Source: an uncultured bacterium
GTDB taxonomy: Bacteria; Patescibacteriota; Minisyncoccia; Phycocordibacterales; UBA9973
Assembly (NCBI GenBank): GCA_903894955.1
Contig: CAITSA010000028.1
Location: 8,495 to 72,494 of the forward strand
Reading direction: 5' to 3'
DNA: 64,000 bases
Shown here: piece by piece, positions 37,920-47,386 of the stretch
Layout of the letters: each line of letters starts with the position of its first letter
Numbering within the stretch: position 1 is the first letter of the stretch
Notes under the pieces: model-generated
Told to the model about the DNA's origin: nothing
Database searches by the model: none
What the model saw: only the letters and a program-made list of their open reading frames with translations
Made by a program: the position numbers and the translations under genes

Positions 37920-39131
37920 TTATTGTAATTTGCGCAATGCTAAACCTAGGGCAACCGCAAATTCAGGACCAATCGTCAAAAGAACTTTTTCTAAAAATGC
38001 TGGAGCGCTAATCTTAGAAAAAGGATGGCCAATTTCTACCTCCGCTTGAAAATTACTTATAGCCACTTCTTGTAGCCCTTTCAAGAGAGAACCTCCACCG
38101 GTAAATATCACCTTGCTAATAGTCCGATTGTTTTTCTTTTCATATCCTAATAAGACGTTATTTGTTTCAGAAAAAATATAATCTATGTGCACTTTAATAA
38201 TATCCGCTAAACTTTTTTCCATTGGATTCCCGAAAAGACCGAAATCTTTTTTCATTTTTTCTGCTTCAGGGAAAGGAATGGAAAGAGATTTAGAAATAGA
38301 ACTAGATATATCAGCTCCTCCTCTTTCGATCGTGTGATAACTCTGAACCATGCCAAATTCAACAATGGAAAGCTTGGTACAAGATGCCCCGAAATCAATT
38401 AATAAAACTGGAGAAAGCTCGTGTTCAAAATTTGCCCGAATAGAAGAAAAAATTTCAATTTCAAAAAAGGAAGTTGCGAGCTTACAACCTGAAACAATCG
38501 AACGATATTTGGAGACTACGTCATTTTGGGTCGTGACGACTAAAATATTTGTTTTTTCTTCTGTTTTGACTGGAACATCTACAGTATTCATTTCCTCAAA
38601 AGAAGATTCCTTTTTCGGTATAATGAAATAATCAATGGACACTTCGGTGATTGGAACTGGAATATATTTACGAGCTTCGATGGGAACGATAGCGGCTATT
38701 TGATCTGGACTTATTTTAGGTGGAAGTTCAATGGTAAAAATTAAACTTGATTGAATGGGAATAGAAAAAGCCGGAGAATCACTAGTAACATCAGATTGCT
38801 TGAAGACTTCTTGTAAAGCTAAAACGACTTTTTCAATAGGCAGATTGGTGACACGTCCAGCCTCGAGATCAGCATAAGGACCAAGAGCTATCACTCCATA
38901 AGTTTCCAGGACGGCTTTGTTTCCCTTTTTTTTTATTTCAACTACTTTAATGGCACTCGAACCAATATCAACACCAATAGCTGAATCTCCAGACCCACCT
39001 ACAAATTTGTTAAAATCTGAAATAATATTTTTTAATGGATTATCCATTTGTGTTAATATTGTATCATAAATGAGATTTTTAAACACCATATTAGATATAG
39101 TTTTCCCCGTAAAATGTATGTTATGTAGCAA
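37920..39131 (-). CDS. pilM: type IV pilus assembly ATPase-fold protein PilM
   Basis: 403 aa actin/FtsA-like; IGVDIGSSAIKVVE phosphate-1 motif. Confidence 0.8.
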   Translation of the reverse strand: MLHNIHFTGKTISNMVFKNLIYDTILTQMDNPLKNIISDFNKFVGGSGDSAIGVDIGSSAIKVVEIKKKGNKAVLETYGVIALGPYADLEAGRVTNLPIEKVVLALQEVFKQSDVTSDSPAFSIPIQSSLIFTIELPPKISPDQIAAIVPIEARKYIPVPITEVSIDYFIIPKKESSFEEMNTVDVPVKTEEKTNILVVTTQNDVVSKYRSIVSGCKLATSFFEIEIFSSIRANFEHELSPVLLIDFGASCTKLSIVEFGMVQSYHTIERGGADISSSISKSLSIPFPEAEKMKKDFGLFGNPMEKSLADIIKVHIDYIFSETNNVLLGYEKKNNRTISKVIFTGGGSLLKGLQEVAISNFQAEVEIGHPFSKISAPAFLEKVLLTIGPEFAVALGLALRKLQ

Positions 39132-39732
39132 GACTGGAGTGGATTTATGTTTAGATTGCCTAAAAGAAGCACCAGGAGCAGAACGTGAAAGTGCTAAATG
39201 GATTTTCCCTCTATATGATTATCGTCATCCAACTATTAAAAAATCATTATGGCTTTTAAAATACAAAGGTAAAAAGAGATTGGCAAATATTTTTGCAGAA
39301 ATTATTTATGACAAAATTCTAGAAGAACTTTCAGAATTAAGTATCTTAGAAAATTTTGTTAAGCCAATTTTAATCCCCATTCCCCTTTCACCCAAGAGAT
39401 ATCGTGAGCGGGGATACAATCAAGCAGAATTGATTTGTAAAGAATTAATAAAAATTGATAATGCACGAAATAAAGAAATAAATTTCAGCTTAGAAAATAA
39501 TATTTTAATCAAAATAAAAGAAACTGAACATCAAGCACGCATTAAAAATAGAAACGTTAGATTGAAAAATCTAATTGGCTCATTTGCAGTGAAAAACAGT
39601 GAGTTAATAAAAAAGAGAAATATAATTTTGATAGATGACATCACCACCACTGGCGCAACTTTAAATGAAGCGCGAAAAATTTTAAAACAAGCTGGAGCCA
39701 GAAAGGTCATAGCGTTCACCGTCGCACACTAA
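39070..39732 (+). CDS. comFC: ComF family phosphoribosyltransferase-domain competence protein
   Basis: N-terminal double CxxC (CMLCSK...CLDC) and C-terminal PRTase motif ILIDDITTTGAT. Confidence 0.75.
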   Translation: MRFLNTILDIVFPVKCMLCSKTGVDLCLDCLKEAPGAERESAKWIFPLYDYRHPTIKKSLWLLKYKGKKRLANIFAEIIYDKILEELSELSILENFVKPILIPIPLSPKRYRERGYNQAELICKELIKIDNARNKEINFSLENNILIKIKETEHQARIKNRNVRLKNLIGSFAVKNSELIKKRNIILIDDITTTGATLNEARKILKQAGARKVIAFTVAH

Positions 39733-39800
39733 AATTTTACAAAAAAGGCAAAATGAAAACCCCAACAGCTAATTTTCATTTTGCTCGTTAGGGTTTTGGT

Positions 39801-39829
39801 GGACTGGTGCATCAATGTCGCACCAGTCC
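39801..39829. terminator. GC hairpin between convergent genes (putative terminator)
   Basis: ggactggtgc-atcaatgtc-gcaccagtcc. No clear U-run. Confidence 0.45.
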
Positions 39830-39843
39830 GATAAATTCGGGAG

Positions 39844-40401
39844 TTAATAATGATATTTATCATAATCCCTAACAGCATCTACCCTCATCCCGAGTTTACG
39901 ATAGTTGCGTTGATCGAGCCTATTGGTTTTCGCATCATAGACTACCAACACTGCCCACAACAAAATGAGTATGATTGTCGCAGCTATTTCCATCCAAGTG
40001 CCGTTCCAAAAAATAACCGGCAAAAGGGTGAGCCCTAGATAACACAATAAGGGCGCAATAAAAGCATGGTGATAGCGATCCCCCCATTGCTTAGGGCAAT
40101 CATGTGCCAACCATATAATGCCAATCAATGCACCCAAAGAACCGGCAACTTGGTGGTAATCCCAACCCTGCACGAACCAGGGCAATGACGCACCACGTTG
40201 CAATATTTCGGCGGCCATCAATCCAACGACCACCAATGCACCGTCACCTAATACTGCACTATATGATGTGTTATAGTACAGCCCTTCGTACCTATCACGA
40301 AGGATAAATAATACTCCCTGCGTAGCCATGTAAAGAATTAGCGCTGTTGCCCAAATCGGCAACGCTGTCAAAATGTAATAACTTCCATGCAAATTGTTCA
40401 T
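39844..40401 (-). CDS. polytopic membrane protein of unknown function; compositionally atypical (about 45% GC)
   Basis: 185 aa, 5-6 TM. GC content well above its flanks. Confidence 0.5.
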   Translation of the reverse strand: MNNLHGSYYILTALPIWATALILYMATQGVLFILRDRYEGLYYNTSYSAVLGDGALVVVGLMAAEILQRGASLPWFVQGWDYHQVAGSLGALIGIIWLAHDCPKQWGDRYHHAFIAPLLCYLGLTLLPVIFWNGTWMEIAATIILILLWAVLVVYDAKTNRLDQRNYRKLGMRVDAVRDYDKYHY

Positions 40402-40535
40402 TTGTTTCTCCTTTTCTCTTTTTTTATTTTGTTTTTATAGGCAAAATTATAAACTCCACCTTACTTTTCCTTATATAATATAACAGAAAAGAACCTGTTT
40501 GTCAATACTAAAGAAAACGTTAAAATACCCTATAA

Positions 40536-41108
40536 TTGTCCTTAATGAATGTAATTCAATTATTACTGACATATAAATATCTCATTTTAATCCCCCTTTC
40601 TATTATCGAAGGTCCAATAGTCGCGGTGATCTGCGGATTTTTGGTAACTCTTAACCTTTTAAATCTTCTCTTGGTTTATGTGATCTTGGTTATTGGCGAT
40701 GCCGTCGGGGATGGAATAATATATTACATTGGATATTCAGGGAAAAGATTCTTAAAATACTTTAGAATCACTGATGAAAAATTAGAAAAAGCAAAAACAT
40801 ATTTTAATGAGAACCATAAAAAAGCTATCATTGCATCTAAGCTTGTCCATGGAATAGGATTCACTGGGCTCGTGGCTGCTGGCGCATCACATGTACCATA
40901 TAAAAGATACTTCAAAACTTGCACGCTGATTTCTCTTATTCAATCTGCAATCATGTTAACAATTGGAATATTGTTTGGGCATGCTTATGAACAAATAGGA
41001 AAATATTTGGATTATTATGCAGCCGGAGTAAGTGTTATTGTTTTCGTTATAATATTATTTTTCATTATCCGTAAATATAAATTCGGAACTAATAAAACAA
41101 CCTTGTGA
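40536..41108 (+). CDS. DedA/VTT-family membrane protein
   Basis: 190 aa, DedA-like TM pattern (LILIPLSIIEGPIVAVICGF). Confidence 0.65.
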   Translation: MSLMNVIQLLLTYKYLILIPLSIIEGPIVAVICGFLVTLNLLNLLLVYVILVIGDAVGDGIIYYIGYSGKRFLKYFRITDEKLEKAKTYFNENHKKAIIASKLVHGIGFTGLVAAGASHVPYKRYFKTCTLISLIQSAIMLTIGILFGHAYEQIGKYLDYYAAGVSVIVFVIILFFIIRKYKFGTNKTTL

Positions 41109-42295
41109 ATAAAAATCCTAGAGAAAAATTAAGTATTGCGATGATCTGTGACCCGATTGGTAGTAACAAATCTGGGGTAGTTGTTTCTACTTTACGTTTT
41201 TCAAAATTACTAAAGGAACGCGGACATCATGTTATCTTTATCGCTGCACGATCACAAGAACACAAAGATCATAGTCATCATGACGGAGTGAAAGCTTATC
41301 GTTATCGTAGTCTTCCAGTTCCTAAAAGTGGTGGCTGGAATTTAGCTTTTCCAACAGTTAAAGAATTAAAAAAAGTTTTCCAAGAAGAAAAAATTAATGT
41401 AGTGCATATTCTTCTACCAATGACTGGCGCCATTGTCGCTATTAAGGCAGCCAAGGCATTAAATATAAAAATAGTGGCTCATTCTCATTCTCAGCCAGAA
41501 AATCTATTTATGGATATGCCGAAAATAATTCAACCCACCCTCGGTAAAATTTGGAATAAATATCTAGCTTGGATTTACGGAAAAGCAGAATTAATAATCT
41601 ATCCGACAGAATTTGGACGTCAACTCCTCCATCATTTAACTAAAAAAGACAAGAGCTCGACGGTTGTTTCTAACGGAGTAAATATTGAAAGATACAAAAT
41701 AAAAGAGGTGGGCGATTTTCATAGTCGATTTAATATTCCCAAAGATACCGTCAATATAATCTATGTCGGAAGACTTTATCCAGAAAAATCTGTTGATACC
41801 CTGATCAAAGCAGTTCCATATATTATTAAAGAAAATCCAAAAATACATGTAATGCTAGCCGGTGCCGGACACGTAAGACCAAAATTAGAAAAACTGGTAG
41901 ATAGTTTAAAAGTTAATAAACACGTTACCTTTTTGGGATTAGTGAGTGATGAAGATAAAATCTTGGCTTATAATGCCGGTGACATATTTATTTCACCATC
42001 CTTTGCAGAATTAGAAGGGATGACAGTTTTAGAAGCGATGGCTTGCGGTAAACCAATTATCGTCCCAGATGCGCAAATGAATGCGGCAAAATTTTTCATA
42101 GACAATAATGGATTTTTATTTGAAACTGAAAATCATAAAGATTTAGCAGAAAAAACTTTAAAATTAATCAATAATCCAGATTTAAGAAAAAAGCTCGGAG
42201 AAATTAGTTTAGCAAAAAGTAAAAATTATGCTATACATAAAAGTGTAGATTTATTAGAAGAAACTTATTATCAAGTATTAGGTTCTAGTTTCTAG
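41105..42295 (+). CDS. GT4-family glycosyltransferase
   Basis: 396 aa with the C-terminal E..E GT4 motif (EGMTVLEAMACGKPIIVPD). Confidence 0.85.
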   Translation: MNKNPREKLSIAMICDPIGSNKSGVVVSTLRFSKLLKERGHHVIFIAARSQEHKDHSHHDGVKAYRYRSLPVPKSGGWNLAFPTVKELKKVFQEEKINVVHILLPMTGAIVAIKAAKALNIKIVAHSHSQPENLFMDMPKIIQPTLGKIWNKYLAWIYGKAELIIYPTEFGRQLLHHLTKKDKSSTVVSNGVNIERYKIKEVGDFHSRFNIPKDTVNIIYVGRLYPEKSVDTLIKAVPYIIKENPKIHVMLAGAGHVRPKLEKLVDSLKVNKHVTFLGLVSDEDKILAYNAGDIFISPSFAELEGMTVLEAMACGKPIIVPDAQMNAAKFFIDNNGFLFETENHKDLAEKTLKLINNPDLRKKLGEISLAKSKNYAIHKSVDLLEETYYQVLGSSF

Positions 42296-42330
42296 GTTCT
42301 AGCACCTAGTCACTAGCAACTAGTAACTAA
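42278..42330. repeat. CTAG-rich intergenic repeat, copy 3
   Basis: ttaggttctagtttctaggttctagcacctagtcactagcaactagtaactaa. Supplies the last codons and the TAG stop of the GT4 gene. Confidence 0.6.
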
Positions 42331-42334
42331 TTAA

Positions 42335-43159
42335 ATGCAAGAACATATTTTTGAAAATAGAATATATTATCGAACTAATGAAAATAGACAAGACAGAATA
42401 ACTCTGGTATTTGTACATGGGGTTTCTGGTTCTTCTTCCGCTTGGCTTCCCTATGAAAAAATATTTGAAAATAAGTATAATGTTGTAACGGTTGATATAA
42501 GAGGACACGGTCTGTCAAAAAAATTCCCAAATTATTCTGATTATGAAGTCGAAAATTTTGCCCAAGACCTTCATGACTTAATTTCGTATTTAAAAATTTC
42601 AAAATTTGTTCTGATTAGCAACTCTTTTGCCGGACTGATTGCGCTCGAATATATAAAATTATGGAGAGAAACAGTCTCTGCCAATGTCTTCACCTCTCCA
42701 GAGATGTACCTACATGAAGGATTTTTGGCAAAAGTTATGCGAGTGCTTCTCGCCGCCCTAACAGGTATTATTAGTTTGTTACCATTTAATCCAAAACCTC
42801 GTGGCCATGTTGATTATAGTAAACACGTGAATTCAACTGATTGGAATATTAAAAGAAATTTGGCTGATATTAGAAACACCGGACTGCATGCGCATTTTTA
42901 CACTCTCAAACAATCACTTAACCCTAACCAAAAATATGACTTAGAAAAAATAAACGTGCCTACCCTAATCATGCATGGAGAAAAAGATTCAATGGTCCCA
43001 ATCAAAAATTCAATGAAGATGTCTGCGGAAATAAAAAATTCAGAATTTGTCAGTATCCCTAACGTGGACCACAATACCGCTCATAATGCGGTCAAAGAAA
43101 TGTCGCAAGCGATAGAGTTTTTTGTAGAAAAAAATAAAACAAAACTGTTGTTTTCTTAA
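42335..43159 (+). CDS. alpha/beta-fold hydrolase
   Basis: HGxxG oxyanion region (LVFVHGVSGSS) and nucleophile elbow SNSFAG. Confidence 0.8.
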   Translation: MQEHIFENRIYYRTNENRQDRITLVFVHGVSGSSSAWLPYEKIFENKYNVVTVDIRGHGLSKKFPNYSDYEVENFAQDLHDLISYLKISKFVLISNSFAGLIALEYIKLWRETVSANVFTSPEMYLHEGFLAKVMRVLLAALTGIISLLPFNPKPRGHVDYSKHVNSTDWNIKRNLADIRNTGLHAHFYTLKQSLNPNQKYDLEKINVPTLIMHGEKDSMVPIKNSMKMSAEIKNSEFVSIPNVDHNTAHNAVKEMSQAIEFFVEKNKTKLLFS

Positions 43160-43186
43160 AATTGCTTATTTGTTATACTTAATGAT

Positions 43187-43825
43187 ATGCAAAGTTATAA
43201 AACTCATTTCACTGATAAAAATTTCCTTATTGCTTTTTTGGGCGGTTTAATACTACTAGCAACAAGTCTAGTCGTTCAATTTTTTGTAAGTGGTTATGTC
43301 ACACGTGTTAGTAGTGGATCTGTCACTGACGTCATCCTCAGCAATACACGAGTCTATGATGTGGGTGGAATTTTTGTGTGGGGATCCGTAATTTTAACCA
43401 TTATTGGCATTGTGGTAATATTCAGACGACCAAACTATCTGCCATTTGTGATAAAAAGTGTTGCCACTTTTACCTTGATAAGATCATTTTTTGTAAGTCT
43501 CACTCACATTAGCCCTTTCCCTACCCATGCATTAATAGACTCAGCTTTTTTTGGGGGTGAAGCATTTCGTGGTATTTTCACCGGTAATGATCTTTTCTTT
43601 TCTGGGCACACTGGTATTCCCTTTCTTTTGGCTTTAATCTTTTGGGAAAATAAAACCCTCAGAATAGTTTTCTTGTCATTTTCTATTATGTTTGCGGTGG
43701 TAGTGCTCCTTGGGCATTTACACTATTCAATAGATGTTTTGTCGGCTTACTTTATCACCTTCACCATTTTCCATATTTGCCAAACATTATTCAAAAAAGA
43801 TTGGCAGTTATTTTTGAAAAAATAA
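43187..43825 (+). CDS. PAP2-superfamily membrane protein (PAP2_C/sphingomyelin-synthase-like motifs)
   Basis: FSGHTG and HYSIDVL motifs in a 6-TM protein. Confidence 0.45.
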   Translation: MQSYKTHFTDKNFLIAFLGGLILLATSLVVQFFVSGYVTRVSSGSVTDVILSNTRVYDVGGIFVWGSVILTIIGIVVIFRRPNYLPFVIKSVATFTLIRSFFVSLTHISPFPTHALIDSAFFGGEAFRGIFTGNDLFFSGHTGIPFLLALIFWENKTLRIVFLSFSIMFAVVVLLGHLHYSIDVLSAYFITFTIFHICQTLFKKDWQLFLKK

Positions 43826-43897
43826 TTTATCCCGTACTAAATTTTTGAGTAAAAACAATGACCACTATTAATAACAATTTAAAATTTTAGTACTGGG

Positions 43898-45118
43898 ATG
43901 AAACATTGTAAAGATTGTGAACCAGCCCAAGAAAGTCATTTTGTAGCATACACATCAGTAGTTTTGGGTTGGATAGATGAGCCATTTTTTGACTTAATGG
44001 AGCGTCTTTTCAAAAATACTGCTGAGATAATTTCCGACAAAATAACTCTACCCTTTTTTAATCTGATGGTTTTTCTAAAATTAGGATATTTTTCTTTCAA
44101 GCCTGACGAAAAAGATACTTGGAGAACAAAGTGTTTTTGGGATGAAGCAATTCGGCGCGGAATAAAAATGCGTGAATTTCACTTGGGTCCGATTAAAGAT
44201 GGCTTTGTGGCAGAATACAAAAACCCACGCCAAGGCGGGGCAAGTAAAACAATAACTTTTGATGGTCTGCCTCGCTCAGGATTTAAAGAATCCCCTGCTC
44301 TAAAATGGATGGACAATAAAGGCATAATGAAAACAAAATTTTTGAAAGAAGGTTTACCGGTAGCAGGGGGCGGAGTAGCTTTTACTAAAAGGCAAGCATT
44401 AAAAATTTTCAATAATATACAAAAAAACAAAAAGAGACCGGTGATTACGAAACCAAATTTAGGTTCTCGGAGCCGACATACAACGATTCACATCAACACT
44501 AGGGAAGATTTATTGATTGGTTTCAAAAAAGCAAAGAAACTTTCTCCGCTGGTGGTTATTGAAGAAGAACTTCGTGGAGATCTTTTTCGTGGAACATTAA
44601 TTGGAGGTAAATTAGTCGGAGTAGTAAAACGCGACCAACCACAAGTTGAAGGTGATGGAAGGGAAACAGTTGAACAGTTATTGGAAATAGAAAACAAAAG
44701 ACCCGAGCGGAATGGTCCAATTTTCCATAAAATAATTATAGACAAAGAAGCAGAAATGGAATTAAAAAGACAAAATGTAAAATTAGACGAGGTAATAGAA
44801 AAAGATAAAGTGGTAACATTTTCCCAAAAAACAAGTCGGGGTTGTGGAGGCACCACCACTGAAGTCACCAATATCGTGCATCCTGATAATGTAGAAATGT
44901 TAGAGCATGTCGCTAAATTTTTAGCTGACCCACTTATTGGAGTAGATTTCATTATTGAAGATGTCACCAAATCATGGAAGGAGGAACAGCATTGTGGAAT
45001 AATAGAATGCAATAGTTTGCCCTTTATAGATTTGCATCATTATCCACTTTTTGGGAAGCCCAACAACGTCGCTGGAAAACTTTGGGATTTGGTTTTACCA
45101 GAATCTAAATTAAAATAA
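43898..45118 (+). CDS. ATP-grasp-fold ligase-like protein with N-terminal CxxC
   Basis: 406 aa. ATP-grasp-like VVIEEELRGDLFRGTLIGGKLVGVVKR and C-terminal GVDFIIED...IIECNSLP. Confidence 0.45.
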   Translation: MKHCKDCEPAQESHFVAYTSVVLGWIDEPFFDLMERLFKNTAEIISDKITLPFFNLMVFLKLGYFSFKPDEKDTWRTKCFWDEAIRRGIKMREFHLGPIKDGFVAEYKNPRQGGASKTITFDGLPRSGFKESPALKWMDNKGIMKTKFLKEGLPVAGGGVAFTKRQALKIFNNIQKNKKRPVITKPNLGSRSRHTTIHINTREDLLIGFKKAKKLSPLVVIEEELRGDLFRGTLIGGKLVGVVKRDQPQVEGDGRETVEQLLEIENKRPERNGPIFHKIIIDKEAEMELKRQNVKLDEVIEKDKVVTFSQKTSRGCGGTTTEVTNIVHPDNVEMLEHVAKFLADPLIGVDFIIEDVTKSWKEEQHCGIIECNSLPFIDLHHYPLFGKPNNVAGKLWDLVLPESKLK

Positions 45119-45122
45119 AATA

Positions 45123-45611
45123 TTATTTTAACGTAATTTCAGACTTTGGATCAAAAGCATTTGGATCCATTTTGAGATGAGAAATACATTTTTCTTGAAC
45201 CACAAAATCTCCCAAGAATTTCAAAAAGTCTTCTGTTTTATCCACCTCTCCTTTTTCTTCTATGTGCTCTAGAGGATGAGCTTCTGGGGTAAATTCAAAA
45301 TGCCCACAAATTTCTCCATCTTTGTAAACTCGCAAATGATATTGATCTTGAAAATCAGTTAATTTTCTCCAACTTAAAACTTGGTCTTCGTCTATCCATG
45401 CGATGAAATGATTACCAAAAGCCCATTTCTCATTCAAGTGGCGCTTAAGTTCTTCTAAGGTCTTATGGGGAGCAAGCCAGCCAAGATGATATTTCTGCCT
45501 CCCCTTTTTATGCCAGATAATTCCAATCTTTAAAAGAAATTGCCTAGCTGGCAAAAAGAAACGATAAATGAAATGCCAAATTTTCTGTTTTACTTTATCT
45601 TCTGGGGTCAT
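45123..45611 (-). CDS. hypothetical protein
   Basis: 162 aa. No family recognised. Confidence 0.4.
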   Translation of the reverse strand: MTPEDKVKQKIWHFIYRFFLPARQFLLKIGIIWHKKGRQKYHLGWLAPHKTLEELKRHLNEKWAFGNHFIAWIDEDQVLSWRKLTDFQDQYHLRVYKDGEICGHFEFTPEAHPLEHIEEKGEVDKTEDFLKFLGDFVVQEKCISHLKMDPNAFDPKSEITLK

Positions 45612-45639
45612 AATTTTCTTTTTCTTAATATCATAGAAC

Positions 45640-46341
45640 CTAATGATTAATAAAATTTAAAAACAATATTGGGACTAGTGGATAATACATTAAATTACCC
45701 AAATACTTAGACCACTTAGATTGCACTAAAGTATTTTGAGTTATTATTATACTACCTTTCTCTATTTCATCCTCGTTAATATCGCCTAATTCTGTAACTA
45801 AATAGTTTTGGTTTTGAGAATCAATTCCACCAAAGTTAAAAACTCTCAATATGGGTAATTTTTGACCCGCTTTTACTTTGTGTATTGTGATAATATCATC
45901 AGACGACACAGTTGCACTATCTACAATTTTTATTAATGACAAGGAGTCGTCTTTTAAAAAATTATCTAATTGTTCTTGTTGTTCTTGTGTAGGTTTATTT
46001 ATATAAATATTCTTTTCATCAACAAAAGAACCACTTCCATCACTAAAACTTTCATACAAGCCATCTTTCTGTATTTCTACAGATACTCCAGACTTTAATA
46101 TAGGAAAAACAAATGAATTTTTGTATATTGTAAGATTAATTATTATGCAGACGATAATAAAAATAATAGTAGCTATGCCATATTTAATATTTCTTTTAAA
46201 AGAGAGCAGTATAAGAATAAACATGAATGGTACAGACATCCAAAAACGAGTTGTACCAACATTAAAAGCTCCTCCGAGTGAAAATAATATTGAAATAATA
46301 ATAAATGAGATATTTATTATATTTTTTGATTGTTTCTGCAT
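45640..46341 (-). CDS. hypothetical membrane protein (3 TM plus C-terminal soluble domain)
   Basis: Likely start MQKQSKN at 46341. The longer track ORF overlaps the upstream gene. Confidence 0.4.
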   Translation of the reverse strand: MQKQSKNIINISFIIISILFSLGGAFNVGTTRFWMSVPFMFILILLSFKRNIKYGIATIIFIIVCIIINLTIYKNSFVFPILKSGVSVEIQKDGLYESFSDGSGSFVDEKNIYINKPTQEQQEQLDNFLKDDSLSLIKIVDSATVSSDDIITIHKVKAGQKLPILRVFNFGGIDSQNQNYLVTELGDINEDEIEKGSIIITQNTLVQSKWSKYLGNLMYYPLVPILFLNFINH

Positions 46342-46417
46342 GTTTTTATAAACTATGAATTTATTTTCATACCTAATTCTTGGCGGAGAGAGAGGTGCGA
46401 AGTTGGAACCACTTTCC

Positions 46418-47194
46418 TTAGGTAAGCGGTGTTGGGATAAAACCCTCTTCATCGACCTTGTCCCCTACTTTAAACGTTCCATTGATAAAATTAAGTGATT
46501 CTCTAATTTCTTTTTCAGCCTTTATCCTATCCAAGTCACTTAAATCTTTACTCAATGGTGTTTCAATAATTTTCCTTATGTTTTCAACAGCCCTATCAAA
46601 TTTTTTAGGCATATGCCTAACTAGCCATTTAACATTATGCAAAAGGGCTACATCCCCTTTGTTCAAATACAAATCTGTATCTACTAAATAAATCTCAGGT
46701 TTTTCATCTCCCTTTTTGGTGCCATAAATATATTGCGATTCACTATTTAAATCAGCTAAATGAGCATCTTTGCTATTTAATTTATCTAAATAATATTTAG
46801 AAATTGAAACATATAAATCCTCAAGTTTCATCAAAAAATCTGGCGTTTTTTCTGCTTTTTCTAAAGCTACTCCATTAATTTTGTCGGTAACAATATAAAC
46901 TGTATCTTTGTTTTCTTCATTTTTATCAATGATTATTTTTGATGGAACTTTAATATTATAGTCTGTTTGTATTTCTTGAAATAATTTTTTACCTAAATCT
47001 ATTACAATATTAGGCTTTGCCATATTGTTATACCTATCTTCTAGTTCTTCAAAGCTATCAATTCTTATTACTTTACTAGAGTCATTATCAAATTGATAAA
47101 ATTTCCTTGTAGTGTCTCCAGTATTTAAGTCGCTCGGTACTAATTTTGAGTACAAACGGGATTGTCCTTTTTCTATGTGCATATTTTCCTTCAT
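46418..47194 (-). CDS. hypothetical protein, possible atypical kinase-like fold
   Basis: 258 aa. HLADLN and YLVDTDLY resemble the catalytic loop/DFG region of APH/Kdo-type kinases. Weak. Confidence 0.35.
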   Translation of the reverse strand: MKENMHIEKGQSRLYSKLVPSDLNTGDTTRKFYQFDNDSSKVIRIDSFEELEDRYNNMAKPNIVIDLGKKLFQEIQTDYNIKVPSKIIIDKNEENKDTVYIVTDKINGVALEKAEKTPDFLMKLEDLYVSISKYYLDKLNSKDAHLADLNSESQYIYGTKKGDEKPEIYLVDTDLYLNKGDVALLHNVKWLVRHMPKKFDRAVENIRKIIETPLSKDLSDLDRIKAEKEIRESLNFINGTFKVGDKVDEEGFIPTPLT

Positions 47195-47217
47195 ATTTTA
47201 ATTATATCAAATCTGTG

Positions 47218-47304
47218 CGGAGAGAGAGGGATTCGAACCCTCGGTCCTTTTAAAGGGACGACAGTTTAGTAAACTGTTGGTTTAAACCACTCACCCATCT
47301 CTCC
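47218..47304 (-). tRNA. class II (long variable arm) Ser-type tRNA with anticodon loop TTACTAA (apparent anticodon ACT)
   Basis: Acceptor GGAGAGA/TCTCTCC, discriminator G73, anticodon stem ACAGT/ACTGT, variable arm GTCC-cttt-aaaa-GGAC, T-loop TTCGAAT. Confidence 0.55.
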
Positions 47305-47386
47305 TAAACTTAAAGAGAGTATACCACAAAAAAATGAAAAAATAGTACTAATATGCTAAAGTAATTAAGTTCTTAAAGTATAGAAT

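Noticed and set aside
39070-39131. Trimming the ComFC start to avoid the 60-nt overlap with the divergent pilM start
   Set aside because: The overlapping N-terminal residues (FPVKCMLCSK..CLDC) form the conserved ComF double-CxxC, so the longer start is retained.
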